From: an uncultured Chloroflexia bacterium
Lineage (GTDB): Bacteria; Chloroflexota; Chloroflexia; Thermomicrobiales; UBA6265
Direction: 5' to 3'
Length of the DNA stretch: 64,000 nt
Assembly (NCBI GenBank): GCA_963724295.1
Contig: CAVRUC010000008.1
Span: 285,299 to 349,298, forward strand
Below are positions 9,689 to 19,406 of the stretch, one piece after another (positions within the stretch are counted from its first letter, which is position 1; each line of letters begins with the position of its first letter). A program made the translations under genes and the position numbers. The notes under the pieces are model-generated. The model searched no databases. It had not been told where the DNA came from and saw nothing but the letters and a program-made list of their open reading frames with translations.

Positions 9689-12600
9689 TCAGCTTGCAGG
9701 GCTGGGAGCGAAGGCCAGATACAAAGGAGGCAAGACGATGAGACTGACAATGGTTGCGGTGACCAGTCCGCCCAGAATGACGACCACGGCCGACCGGACG
9801 ACCTCGTTCCCCAGCACCGGTGCCGGCCCAACCAGGGGCAACAACGCCAGAGCAGTGGCCACCGCGGTGGTCACGATCGGCGCCACCCGCTCTCGCGCGC
9901 CTCTCAAGACCAGGGCCGGGCGGAAGGGCCCGCCCTCATCCCGCTCTGTCTGCAGGTAACTGTTCATGAGCAAGAGCGCGTTGCGTGCGGTCAGGAGGAA
10001 CACTCCCAACAAGCCGGCCAGCGCGCCGAGTGAGATCACGCCGTCAACCGCCAATGCCGCGACTAGGCCCCCGGCGAGTGCCGCCGGCAACGCGAGGAAG
10101 ACTGACCCCCGCCAGCCGCCAGCTTCCGAAGGCGGCCTGGAGCAGCAGGTAAATGCCAATCAGCGCGGCGATTGCAAAGCCAAGCAACTTCTGCTCCTCG
10201 GTCTGCTGCGCTGCATAGTCACCGAGGATTTCAGCGTGGTATTCCAGCGGGAACTGGACACCCTCCAGCGCTCGCGCGATGTCGCTGCTGACGGCACTCG
10301 GATCCCGCCCAACCACATCTGCGCCGACATCGAGGTAGCGAAAGACGCCCTGATGGGTGATGCGTATTGACGCTCGGCGCCACCCGCACATCGGCCACGT
10401 CACCCAGCCGCACGTGCTCTCCACCCGGGGTATCAATCAGCAACTCACGGACGCTGGTCACGCTGTGGCGCGTCTCCGGCACCCCCCAGACCACCACCTC
10501 GAACACCTTCTGATCTTCGAAGAGGTTGCCGACTTCCATCCCCGACAGCAGCGCCGCCGCGGCGCGGCGCACATCACCCGGCTTGACACCGGCCTCCTGG
10601 GCACTTGGCCAAGATCGACCTCGATCTCGACGTTCGGCTCTTCGATCAGTGCCGACACGTGTGGATCGGCGACGCCTTCGATTCCCCCAATAAGGGTACG
10701 AACTTCTTCTGCCTTGGCGCGGAGGATATCGAGGTCCTGGCCGTAGAGCCGGACGACGACGGCATCCGGCGACCCACTCAGAATCTCCCGCAGCCGCTCG
10801 TCCGAGTAGGTCAGGACTTCGCGGTCGAGACCCGGATAGCCATCCACCACCTCCTGGATAGCGGTGACGGCTGTCTGTTGGTCGGCGGCAGGATCGAGGT
10901 TGACCCAGATTTCCCCGCCGTTCACGTCGGTGGACTGGTCGGACGTAATGGCGCGCCCCACGTGGGCTCCCACGTTGCGGACCCCAGGAATCGCCCGTAG
11001 CTCCTGAACGACAAGGCCAGTGACCCGGTTCATCTCAGGCAGAGACGTCCCGGGAGCGCCCTCCCAGTGAATCAGCAGGTCCCTGTCCTGCAAGGAAGGA
11101 AGCATCGCGTGGCCGGTCAGCGGGAGGACCGCGAGGCCAAGTGCAACGAGAGCAGCCCAGACCCCGAGCGCCCAGCGCGGGCGGCCGACGATGGGCGCGA
11201 GGACCCGGTCGTAGCGGTGCTGGAGGTGATAGACGAGCGGCGACTCGCGCCGGTCAAGCGGTGCATTCCGTAGAAGGAGCAGGGCAAGTGCCGGCGTAAC
11301 GGTGAGCGCGACGACCATCGAGGCCAGCAGCGCCAACGCGTAGGACAGCGCAAGAGGTCCAAAGAACGCGTTAGGAAGACCCCACGTGAACCCAACAAAC
11401 AAGACAGGCAACAACGCGAGCAGACCGATCAGCGTCGCGTAGACGAGCGGACCGCGTGTCTCGAGCACAGCTCTCCGAACAACATCCGCCGACGACGTTG
11501 CGAGCGCGTCCTGTGGCCGCTGTTGGAGGCGCCGCCTGATGGCATCGACTGGGGTGACGGCATCGCCAACGAGGGCGACCAGAGCTACCACGAATCCGGT
11601 CAAGATGACGGTATTGAAGGTGGCACCACGCAGGTAGAGCACGAGTCCAGCGGCAACCAGCGAGAGCGGGATCGCCACGGCGATGACCACCGTGCTTCGC
11701 CAGTCATACGAGAAGGCGGCGATCACCAGGACTAGCAGGAAGGCGCCGACCAGCAGGGCAGCACCGAGATTGCCGATCGCCGTGTCGATCGAGGACGCCG
11801 GCCGATAGACGGAGGTGTCGATCTCAATTCCGGTCAGACCCGGGGCGAGCGCCGCCAGCGCCGCTTCCACACCCTTTGTCACCTCGAGGGTGTTGGCGTC
11901 GGGGAACTTCTCGATCACGAGCAATAGGTCGCCATCGCTGTTACCGGAGATGTTGTCGCCAATGAGCGGCTGGTGGTCTTCGACGACGGTGGCCACGTCA
12001 CTGAGGCGGAGCACTTGCTCATCTGAGTTCTCACCGCCGATATCATCAGTTGTCAGCGGAACCTGAGCCAGATCGTCCGCGGTCTTGATGGGGAGCAGGT
12101 GCTGGATGCCGAGCCGCTGGTTGGGGGTGTCGATAAATCCGCCGGTACCGGGGGTCGACGCTTCCAGGAAGGTCAGGGGCGAGACCCAGAGCGCGTTGCC
12201 GGTGGTCTCGATAACATCGAGGAGCGAGACATTGTTCTCTCGTAGCCGCTCCGGATCGACCTGCACCTGGAGCTGCCGGTTCCGCTCCCCCCAGATCGCG
12301 ACATTCGCGACACCGGGGATCCCCAACAGGCGGGGCTTGATTGTCCAGTGGGCGATCACCGACATGTCGATGGGCGAGACTTGGTCTGAAGAGAGCCGAG
12401 CCAACATGACCCGGCTCAGCGACGACAAAGGCTGGATCATCTGCGGCGGTCTCGAAACCTGCGGTAGTGCGTGCGCCTCTGTCAAGCGTTCTTGCACGAC
12501 CTGCCGCGCGCGCATGATGTCCGTCCCAGGCTCGAAGATGAGCTGGATCCTGGAGAGTCCGGGTAGCGACTCGGACTGGATGTCGTCAAGCCAGGCCACT

Positions 12601-12824
12601 CCATTGAGCAGGTCCTGCTCCATAGGAACAGTGATCAATTGCTCGACTTCCGGAGCGGAAAGCCCGAGCGCTTCGGTCTGAATCTCCACCATCGTCGGGG
12701 TGAACTCCGGCAGGACGTCCACCGGCACCTCGGAGAGCTGCCTGACGCCGACGATCATGATGGCCACAGCGAGGGCGACGACCACGAGGCGATACTTCAA
12801 ACTCGACTCGACGATCCAGCGCAT
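9689..12824 (-). CDS. CusA/CzcA-type RND permease 2 (frameshifted)
   Basis: MRWIVESSLKYR start at 12824; paralogous to permease 1 along its length. Frameshifts near 10605, 10365 and 10105; 3' end uncertain. Confidence 0.85.
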
Positions 12825-13292
12825 CGTTGCTCTCCCCGCGGGCGAGACCACTAAGGGTGCCTGAGACCTGCGATACGCAACCGCACCGCAGTCGCGCACG
12901 CATGTCGCCGGGATCACCAGACGGTAGCTGTGCGCGCATGCACGACTACCGAATCCGACTCAACGGAAAACTGATCGGTTATCTATCCAAGAGATCATTA
13001 TGACTATACATCAAAACTTCATCTTCTACGGATGGATACTGTCTAAGGCACTTTAGGGCCTGGCTGGGCCGGGTGTGAGCGTGGCATCCGCGGCCCCAGT
13101 AGGGGCTGATAACTTGCCGGACCGCGGTGCCGTGCCCGGCTAAATAACTCAGCGCCTGTCAACTTCTCCAGGGACAGAAGTCGAACTTTCCAGATTTCGG
13201 TCGATACCACGATTGACGCGATTTTTGCGGACGTGTACAAACCAGTTGCGCGCGAGTCTGGGACGCGCTGCTGGGTGGAGGAAAAGGGGAAG

Positions 13293-13938
13293 ATGCGAAT
13301 GTTCATTCTGATGCGGTTAATAGCGGCGATCGTCGTCGCGGTGGGGCTGTCCGTGGCGACGAGTAGCCCAAGTGCCGCCCAAGACGATGTGGCGACGGGT
13401 CGGACCGCGGCGCAGGAAGTGCGCGAACTGGTGCTCAAACAGCGCGAGCGAGTGCTGGCCCACGTAGCGGCGATCATGGCTGGTGACGAGGAAGACACTG
13501 AGTCGGCTGAGATAGCCGAGATAGAAGAGGCCGAGGAGGGCGAGGACGGGGCCGAGGAGGGTGAGGACGGCGAAGACGAAGACGAAGACGAAGAGCGAAG
13601 ACGAAGGCGTCGGCGGCGAGGACTGCGAGGTAGCCCCCGGCGGAGCCGTTGGTGGCGAAGCAGAAGGTGACGCCGTCGCCGGCGACGAAGCAGAAGATGA
13701 GGCTTCCGCCGACGAAGCGGGGGCTGAGGAAGAGGAAACTGGCGAGTCCGTCGGCGGCGAAGCAGAAGACGCTCAACCGGTAGGTGGTGACGCCGATACT
13801 GCGGGCGAGCAGGAGGTTTGCATTTTGCCGTCGACAGGTACAGGCACTAGCGATGATACGTCCGGCGTGCTATCGGCGTTTGCTGCACTCGCGGCTGTAG
13901 TCGCCGCCGGGTTCGGCCTGCGGCAGAGATTCATCTGA
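13293..13938 (+). CDS. Secreted Asp/Glu-rich protein with LPXTG-type sorting signal (one frameshift)
   Basis: Signal peptide ending SAA-QD; acidic low-complexity core; LPSTG followed by a hydrophobic helix and RQR tail. An extra base near 13595 splits the ORF. Confidence 0.75.
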
Positions 13939-14094
13939 GACGCAGTTCGGAAAGTGATCCGCACCGCAGCTACTTCAGCGCCTACAAGGCGTCTGGAGGA
14001 TTGATGAACAGACCGACCGTGGCGGTCACCGCCACGGTCGGATCCATCTGGTTGTCCATGATAGGCGGTTAGTGCCGTCCTGGGGAGTCGCCGG

Positions 14095-14655
14095 TCAATC
14101 GCCTCCAGCGCCGGCGATGCCGATTGGTGCGGCGGGGGCGGCAGACTCGTGGACCGGGACCCCGGCTTCCGGTCCAAAGCGCCCCTTGTAGGAACCGCGC
14201 ACCAGCTGACGCAGCAGGAGGACGAATTCGTCGTCATCGCGACCACCGGAGAGCCAGACAGTAAGCGGCCGGGCGCCCGCGACGCCTTGCAAGCGCACCC
14301 CACCCCGACGCCGCGCCACGCCGCCAAACTCGGTCCAACGCCGGAACGGCGTCCAGGCGGCACGGATCCCTCGCGAGGTCATCGTGTAGCGAACGGGCAG
14401 GGCCAGCAACAGCGCCAGCAGCGCCGTCACCAGCAGGAGGGTCAGCGGACCGATCTTGCCCAATGCGAGCGAAACGACCGAGGCAACAAACACGAGTCCA
14501 ACCGACGGACCGTGCATGCGCAGGCGACCCAGCACGGACAGGGTCTCGCGGCCGACCAGGTTGCCAGAGGCTCGCTCACCCCACGGAACCCAGACCCGGG
14601 AAAACAGGGCCACGGTAACGGCCAGCAGGATGAGTGCGGTTGCGTTCAGGTTCAT
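14095..14655 (-). CDS. Hypothetical membrane protein
   Basis: Three hydrophobic segments followed by a short soluble domain (YTMTSRGI...RRWTEF); RBS GAGG. Confidence 0.6.
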   Translation of the reverse strand: MNLNATALILLAVTVALFSRVWVPWGERASGNLVGRETLSVLGRLRMHGPSVGLVFVASVVSLALGKIGPLTLLLVTALLALLLALPVRYTMTSRGIRAAWTPFRRWTEFGGVARRRGGVRLQGVAGARPLTVWLSGGRDDDEFVLLLRQLVRGSYKGRFGPEAGVPVHESAAPAAPIGIAGAGGD

Positions 14656-15044
14656 GTCTCGGATCCTCAGGGAAGGGCTCAGGATGCGTCCACAGGGCTG
14701 GGCAAACTCACGGGCCAGTGCCCGCGCACCGAGTCGTTGAAGTGGACTTGCAAGAGTAGTTCCCGCGCCGGTGGGGCACAGCGTGCGCCCGCATTCGTAC
14801 GCAATAAAAACGTCTGGCCGCGGCGGCGCGTTCCGATCCGGCGTCCGATGCCGGACATTGCTCTAGTGTGACACCTCATCACCGCGTAGTCTCTGGAGCA
14901 ATGTTAAGATCGAAGGACCCGTCAGTTGGCCGCGCGATACAAATCTCGTCCGGAGGTCAGGTTTGTTCCGAACTCTCCACGAGAATGACGCGCCATGCGA
15001 GGCAATGTGAGACGCTGCACCGCGGGGAGAGGAGGGGAACAACG

Positions 15045-16013
15045 ATGAATGCGAACGATATCCGACGCATAGCCGTGGTCGGAGCCGGGTTGATGGGGCA
15101 CGGTATCGCCCTGGAGCTCGCCGCGCACGGGTTCACCGTCCAGCTGCACGACCGGGATCAGGCGCAGCTCGATCGAGCGCGTGACGGCATCACGAATGGA
15201 CTGGCGCGCCTGGTCGCGATCGAGCGCATCACGCGCGACGCCGCGGCGGCGGCCCCGGGGCGAATCACCATGGGTCGCGATCTGCGCGCGGCCGTCACCG
15301 ACACCGACCTGGTCATCGAGGCGGTTTCCGAGGACCTGGACGTCAAGCGGTCCATCTTTCGCGACCTCGACGCCTGGGCGCCGCCGAGCGCGATCCTGGC
15401 GAGCAACACATCGACCTTCATGCCGAGCTTGCTGGCGGCGGCCACCGATCGACCGCGGCAGGTGATCGTGACCCACTACTTCAACCCGCCCTATCTCCTG
15501 CCACTGGTCGAGCTGGTGCGGGGCGACCAGACCTCTGACGAAACAGTGGAAACCTTGCGCGGGCTCTATCAGAGCATCGGCAAGAGCCCGGCCGTGGTGC
15601 AGAGAGAAGCGCCCGGGTTCGTCGGCAACCGTCTCCAGATCGCGCTCCTGCGCGAGGCACTCGCCATCGTCGACGCCGGCATCGCCAGCCCGCGGGACGT
15701 CGATACGATCATCAGGACGAGTTTTGGCCGCCGCCTCGCGGTGGCCGGCGTCTTCGAGGTCTTCGAGGCCGCGGGCTGGGATCTGACCCTCACCGTCGCC
15801 GAGCAGCTCTTTCCCGCCATCGACCGCTCCTCCGAACCACCGGCGAGTCTTCGCCAGAAGGTCGCCCGCGGCGAGCTCGGTCTCAAGTCGGGGCAGGGCT
15901 TCTACACGTGGACGCCGGACGAAGCGGCGGCGCTGAGGAAGCGGATCGCCGATGGACTCGCCGCCATCGCCCGCCTCAGCGACGGTGCAAGCTCTGGAGA
16001 CCCGGATGCATAG
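15045..16013 (+). CDS. 3-hydroxyacyl-CoA dehydrogenase family protein
   Basis: VVGAGLMGHGIA, VIEAVSE, ASNTST, HYFNPP, PGFVGNRL; RBS GGAGG before ATG 15045. Confidence 0.92.
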   Translation: MNANDIRRIAVVGAGLMGHGIALELAAHGFTVQLHDRDQAQLDRARDGITNGLARLVAIERITRDAAAAAPGRITMGRDLRAAVTDTDLVIEAVSEDLDVKRSIFRDLDAWAPPSAILASNTSTFMPSLLAAATDRPRQVIVTHYFNPPYLLPLVELVRGDQTSDETVETLRGLYQSIGKSPAVVQREAPGFVGNRLQIALLREALAIVDAGIASPRDVDTIIRTSFGRRLAVAGVFEVFEAAGWDLTLTVAEQLFPAIDRSSEPPASLRQKVARGELGLKSGQGFYTWTPDEAAALRKRIADGLAAIARLSDGASSGDPDA

Positions 16014-16037
16014 GGTAACGCCCATTCAGCTCCAGGC

Positions 16038-16079
16038 TCCCACGGGAATCTCATGAATCTCTCACGGCTGCGATAGACT
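16038..16079 (+). promoter_or_regulatory. Candidate activator-dependent promoter of the NHase operon
   Basis: TCCCAC (16038), TCTCAT (16049) and TCTCAC (16060) at an 11-bp period, followed by a -10-like TAGACT at 16074. Confidence 0.45.
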
Positions 16080-16107
16080 GGAACCGTAACCCATCGGGAG
16101 GCGAGTG

Positions 16108-16773
16108 ATGAACGGCGTCCACGACATGGGCGGCATGCACGGCTTCGGTCCCATCGTGCGCGAGGAGAACGAGCCTCTCTTTCATGCAGACTGGGAGGCG
16201 CATGTCCGCGCCATGATGGCGGTGGCCAGGGGCCGGGGCTACTTCAATATCGATGCGTCCCGACATGGCATCGAGCGGATGGAGCCGGCGCACTACCTGC
16301 GGGCGTCGTACTACGAGCGCTGGCTGGCCACGATCGAACTGAACCTGATCGAAGGCGGCTTCCTGTCCGGCGAGGAGCTCGACGCCAGAACGGAGTTGTT
16401 GCGGGAGGATCCCGAGGCCCCACTTCCGCGCAGCGCCGCCATCGCGACCGTGCCGGAGCCGCCGGATGAGCACCCCGGCTCTCCACTTCCAGTGTCACGC
16501 TTTGCTGTGGGCGACGCTGTCGTAACGCGCAACGTTCACCCGCCGGGACACACCCGGCTTCCGCGCTATGCGCGTGGCAAGCGAGGCGTCATCCAACGTC
16601 TTCACGGAGCGCAGATCTTTCCCGACACCAACGCCCACGGACTTGGCGAGAATCCGCAGCCGCTCTACGCGGTCCGGTTCGAAGCCCATGAGCTGTGGGG
16701 GGAGGCCGCTGAATCAAGCCAGACAGTTTCGATCGACTTGTGGGAAAGCTACCTGGAGCCGGCTGCGCGATGA
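16108..16773 (+). CDS. nthB: Nitrile hydratase beta subunit
   Basis: MNGVHDMGGMHGFG, SYYERWL, GHTRLPRYARGK, DLWESYLE. Confidence 0.96.
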   Translation: MNGVHDMGGMHGFGPIVREENEPLFHADWEAHVRAMMAVARGRGYFNIDASRHGIERMEPAHYLRASYYERWLATIELNLIEGGFLSGEELDARTELLREDPEAPLPRSAAIATVPEPPDEHPGSPLPVSRFAVGDAVVTRNVHPPGHTRLPRYARGKRGVIQRLHGAQIFPDTNAHGLGENPQPLYAVRFEAHELWGEAAESSQTVSIDLWESYLEPAAR

Positions 16774-16822
16774 ACCTGCACGAGGCCGGATTGGACAGGC
16801 GTTTACGTCAAGGATGCGAATC

Positions 16823-17437
16823 ATGACCTATGACCCGGAGCAGGAGCCGTATGTGGCGCTACGGACCAAGGCCCTGGAGTCGCTCCTGATCGAGAAGGGT
16901 CTGCTAACGGCCGAAGCCGTCGATGAGCAGATCAGCGAGTATGAGCGAGATATCGGTCCGCTGAAGGGGGCCAGGGTCGTGGCCCGCGCCTGGGTCGATC
17001 CGGACTTCAAGGCGCGGTTGCTCCAGGACGGGTCCGCTATCGCCGAGCTGGGTCTTCCCGGCGGCGGCAACCTCGTCGTGGTCGAGAACACGCCAAGCGA
17101 GCACCACATGGTCGTCTGCACGCTCTGCTCGTGCTATCCCTGGATGGTGCTCGGCCTGCCGCCGACCTGGTACAAGAGCTTCGCCTATCGCTCGCGGGCG
17201 GTGATCGAACCGCGAGCGGTCCTCCGCGAGTTCGGGTTGGAGCTCGACGAAAGGGTCACGGTGCACGTCCACGACAGCAGCGCGGAGGTCCGCTACATGG
17301 TGCTCCCAGAGCGTCCCGCCGGCAGCGAGGGATTGACGGAAGAGGAGCTGGCGGCGCTGGTCACGCGCGACGCCATGATTGGCGTGGCCAAGGTCGGTGG
17401 GCCGGTCCATCATCTCCAGGGCGTAGTTCCCGGCTAG
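16823..17437 (+). CDS. nthA: Nitrile hydratase alpha subunit, cobalt type
   Basis: VVCTLCSCYP metal-binding motif (Thr/Tyr variant indicates Co type); GARVVARAWVDP; LGLPPTWYKS. Confidence 0.96.
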   Translation: MTYDPEQEPYVALRTKALESLLIEKGLLTAEAVDEQISEYERDIGPLKGARVVARAWVDPDFKARLLQDGSAIAELGLPGGGNLVVVENTPSEHHMVVCTLCSCYPWMVLGLPPTWYKSFAYRSRAVIEPRAVLREFGLELDERVTVHVHDSSAEVRYMVLPERPAGSEGLTEEELAALVTRDAMIGVAKVGGPVHHLQGVVPG

Positions 17438-17453
17438 GACGCGCGGAGCGACG

Positions 17454-18305
17454 ATGTCCGATCGACGCATCGAGGATCTCGGCGACAGCCTGGCCGTGCC
17501 CCGCAAGAACGGGGAGCTCGTTTTCGAGGCTCCCTGGGAGGGGCGCGTCTTCGGCATGGCAGTCGCCCTGAGCGATGACCAGCTCTACGCCTGGGACGAG
17601 TTTCGAGACCACCTGGTCGCGGAGATCGCGGCCGCCGAAGAGCATGGGGATGCCTCCGGTTACTACGAGCGCTGGCTGGCGTCGTTCGAGCGCCTCTTGC
17701 TCGACAGCGGTGTGGTCACCGCCGACGAGCTCGATACACGGACCGCCGCATACGCGGCCGGGGTCTATGACGAGCACGAGCACTACGAGACGACGTCGGA
17801 CGCCATTGCCAGTCTGACGCGCTCGCCGCATACGTCCGGGGTGCGCAATATCGTCTGGCGGGCCGACGGGGAGCCGATCAACGTTTTCCGCCGCCCGGGG
17901 CAGCTGTTCGTTTGCGCGACCGGCTGCTGCTGCGGGCACACGGAACGAGGTCACGCGCCGGTGCCGGAGGAGCTCTATCACCGCGAGTGGGCGCGGCGGC
18001 GCATCCGCCACAAGGTGCATCTGTCGTTGGGGGGATGCCTGGGTCCCTGCGCGCTCTCGAATGTCGCGCTGCTGCTCTTCGCCGGCCACCAGATCTGGTT
18101 CCACTCGATCGCCGGTGACGAGCAGGTGATCGCCATTTTCGACTACATCGAGGCGATGGTCCGCGCGGATCGGTACCTGCCGCCGCCACCCGCCCTCGCT
18201 CCGCAAGTCTTCGACGTCTTCGACTGGCCCGGGCCGGAAGCCGCCGCGCCGGGTGCCGAGCCGGCGTACCAGGAAGCGCTCGCCGCTAACCTCCCCTCTG
18301 GATAG
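17454..18305 (+). CDS. NHase accessory (P14K/NhhG-like) domain fused to a Cys-rich thioredoxin-like ferredoxin domain
   Basis: N-half: PRKNGELVFEAPWEGRVFGMAVAL...YYERWLASFERLL, then DEHEH. C-half: LFVCATGCCCG...GGCLGPC. One continuous 283-aa frame. Confidence 0.85.
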   Translation: MSDRRIEDLGDSLAVPRKNGELVFEAPWEGRVFGMAVALSDDQLYAWDEFRDHLVAEIAAAEEHGDASGYYERWLASFERLLLDSGVVTADELDTRTAAYAAGVYDEHEHYETTSDAIASLTRSPHTSGVRNIVWRADGEPINVFRRPGQLFVCATGCCCGHTERGHAPVPEELYHREWARRRIRHKVHLSLGGCLGPCALSNVALLLFAGHQIWFHSIAGDEQVIAIFDYIEAMVRADRYLPPPPALAPQVFDVFDWPGPEAAAPGAEPAYQEALAANLPSG

Positions 18306-18349
18306 AGGAGGCTTGCACCTGGCGCGAGCGACGAATGCGTTCGCTAACG

Positions 18350-18452
18350 CTAGACACAGCAAAACGCCGACAAGTTCCGCGCTTGCGCGCGAGCCTCATC
18401 GGCGTCTGCTGTGCCGCCCGCTTCCGGGATTGCTCCCGTCCGCGTTTGGCGT
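18350..18452 (-). ncRNA. Candidate structured small RNA
   Basis: Two long hairpins (18415-18451, 18355-18413), both capped by GCAA tetraloops on the minus strand, directly downstream of a consensus-like promoter. Confidence 0.5.
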
Positions 18453-18458
18453 ACAGTG

Positions 18459-18487
18459 AACGTACACCCTCCGTGCCCCGTTGTCAA
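18459..18487 (-). promoter_or_regulatory. Sigma70-type promoter
   Basis: TTGACA - 17 nt - TACGTT on the minus strand. Confidence 0.6.
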
Positions 18488-18506
18488 TACCCTGAAGAAA
18501 AGATCC

Positions 18507-19058
18507 TCAACCGAGCGGCGCGTAATCAAGGATCGCCAGGTAGCTGCAGCGCTCGGAGCTGGGGTTTTCGAAGCGATGTGAGACGCTGGCCCGGAAGTAG
18601 AAGGCATCGCCCTCCTGCAAGAGGTGCGGCTCCGCGCCGATAACGATCTGAAGCGTGCCCGACTCGACGAGCACGTACTTGTCGATGGCCGGGTGGTACG
18701 GACGGAGATCGTCGGTGGCGGTGAAGGGCGGCAAGATAGCGCGGATGAACTCGATACCGCGACCGGCGAAAGCGGGGGAGAGCAATTGACGCTCGATCCC
18801 CGTTACCGGGTCGCGGAAGACCAGGCGCTCGCCCTTGGGAATGGTGACGACCGGACGCCGATCCTCATCCCCCAACAATTCCGCGAGACTGACCCTGAGC
18901 GCCCGCGCGACGTTTGTGGCCGCGGTGAGCGAGGGGCTGTGCTCGCCGCGCTCGAGATTGGAGAGCGTGGCGCGGCTGATCCCGGCCGCCGTGGCCAGGG
19001 CATCCAGGGTCAATCCCTGCCGCTGCCGCGCCGTGCGTACCCGCGCGCCGAAGCGCAT
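18507..19058 (-). CDS. XRE-family HTH plus cupin transcriptional regulator
   Basis: LTLDALATAAGISRATLSNLERGEHSPS HTH with a C-terminal cupin. The true start may be the out-of-frame ATG at 19110. Confidence 0.9.
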   Translation of the reverse strand: MRFGARVRTARQRQGLTLDALATAAGISRATLSNLERGEHSPSLTAATNVARALRVSLAELLGDEDRRPVVTIPKGERLVFRDPVTGIERQLLSPAFAGRGIEFIRAILPPFTATDDLRPYHPAIDKYVLVESGTLQIVIGAEPHLLQEGDAFYFRASVSHRFENPSSERCSYLAILDYAPLG

Positions 19059-19203
19059 GGTGATGGTTGGGTCCGGAGGCAGCCGCGGTTGGGGCAGACG
19101 TTTGTATCATAAATTGGATTTCTCCATTATAGTAGAATCGCCAACCGACGAGTCGGTTCCTAACGGTCTAGGATACCGGGGAGCCGGGAGAGGTAGCGGT
19201 CTG

Positions 19204-19356
19204 ATGCGAGAGGCAGTCTTGCTGGTGACGGCGGCGAGTTGCGGGTTCATGGCGTTCATGTTCGGCAAGACATCGGATAACGACTGGGGGAGTGTGCTCA
19301 TGTCGGTGATGCTTGCCGGATCGGCAGGTGTTCTACTCATCCTGGCCGCCGAGTAG
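19204..19356 (+). CDS. Possible 50-aa two-TM small protein
   Basis: GGAGAGG upstream of the ATG; MREAVLLVTAASCGFMAFMFG...WGSVLMSVMLAGSAGVLLILAAE. Confidence 0.35.
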   Translation: MREAVLLVTAASCGFMAFMFGKTSDNDWGSVLMSVMLAGSAGVLLILAAE

Positions 19357-19406
19357 GTGTTCCTTCCTCGAAGACGGAAGAACGAACAACTCTTGTCAGG
19401 TCAGAA

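Noticed and set aside
7440..10610. Programmed ribosomal frameshifting or split-RND architecture
   Set aside because: The breaks are numerous, fall at different positions in the two paralogs, and show no slippery heptamers.
12830..12960. Metal-sensing (NiCo) riboswitch in the RND leader
   Set aside because: Some hairpin potential (CGGTAG...CTACCG), but I could not identify the four-way junction consensus; a cmscan search would be needed.
13570..13606. Phase variation at the GAAGAC repeat
   Set aside because: The unit is 6 bp and so frame-neutral; the break is one extra base inside a unit.
14666..14683. CTCAGG direct repeat as a response-regulator box
   Set aside because: The period is 12 rather than 11 bp, and one copy is explained by the RBS of the minus-strand gene.
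18350..18452. Assignment of the structured RNA to the c-di-GMP-I, glutamine or guanidine riboswitch classes
   Set aside because: Only superficial similarity (GCCAAAC, GNRA loop, GGAAG). I could not find the tetraloop receptor or other class-defining nucleotides, so it is left unassigned.
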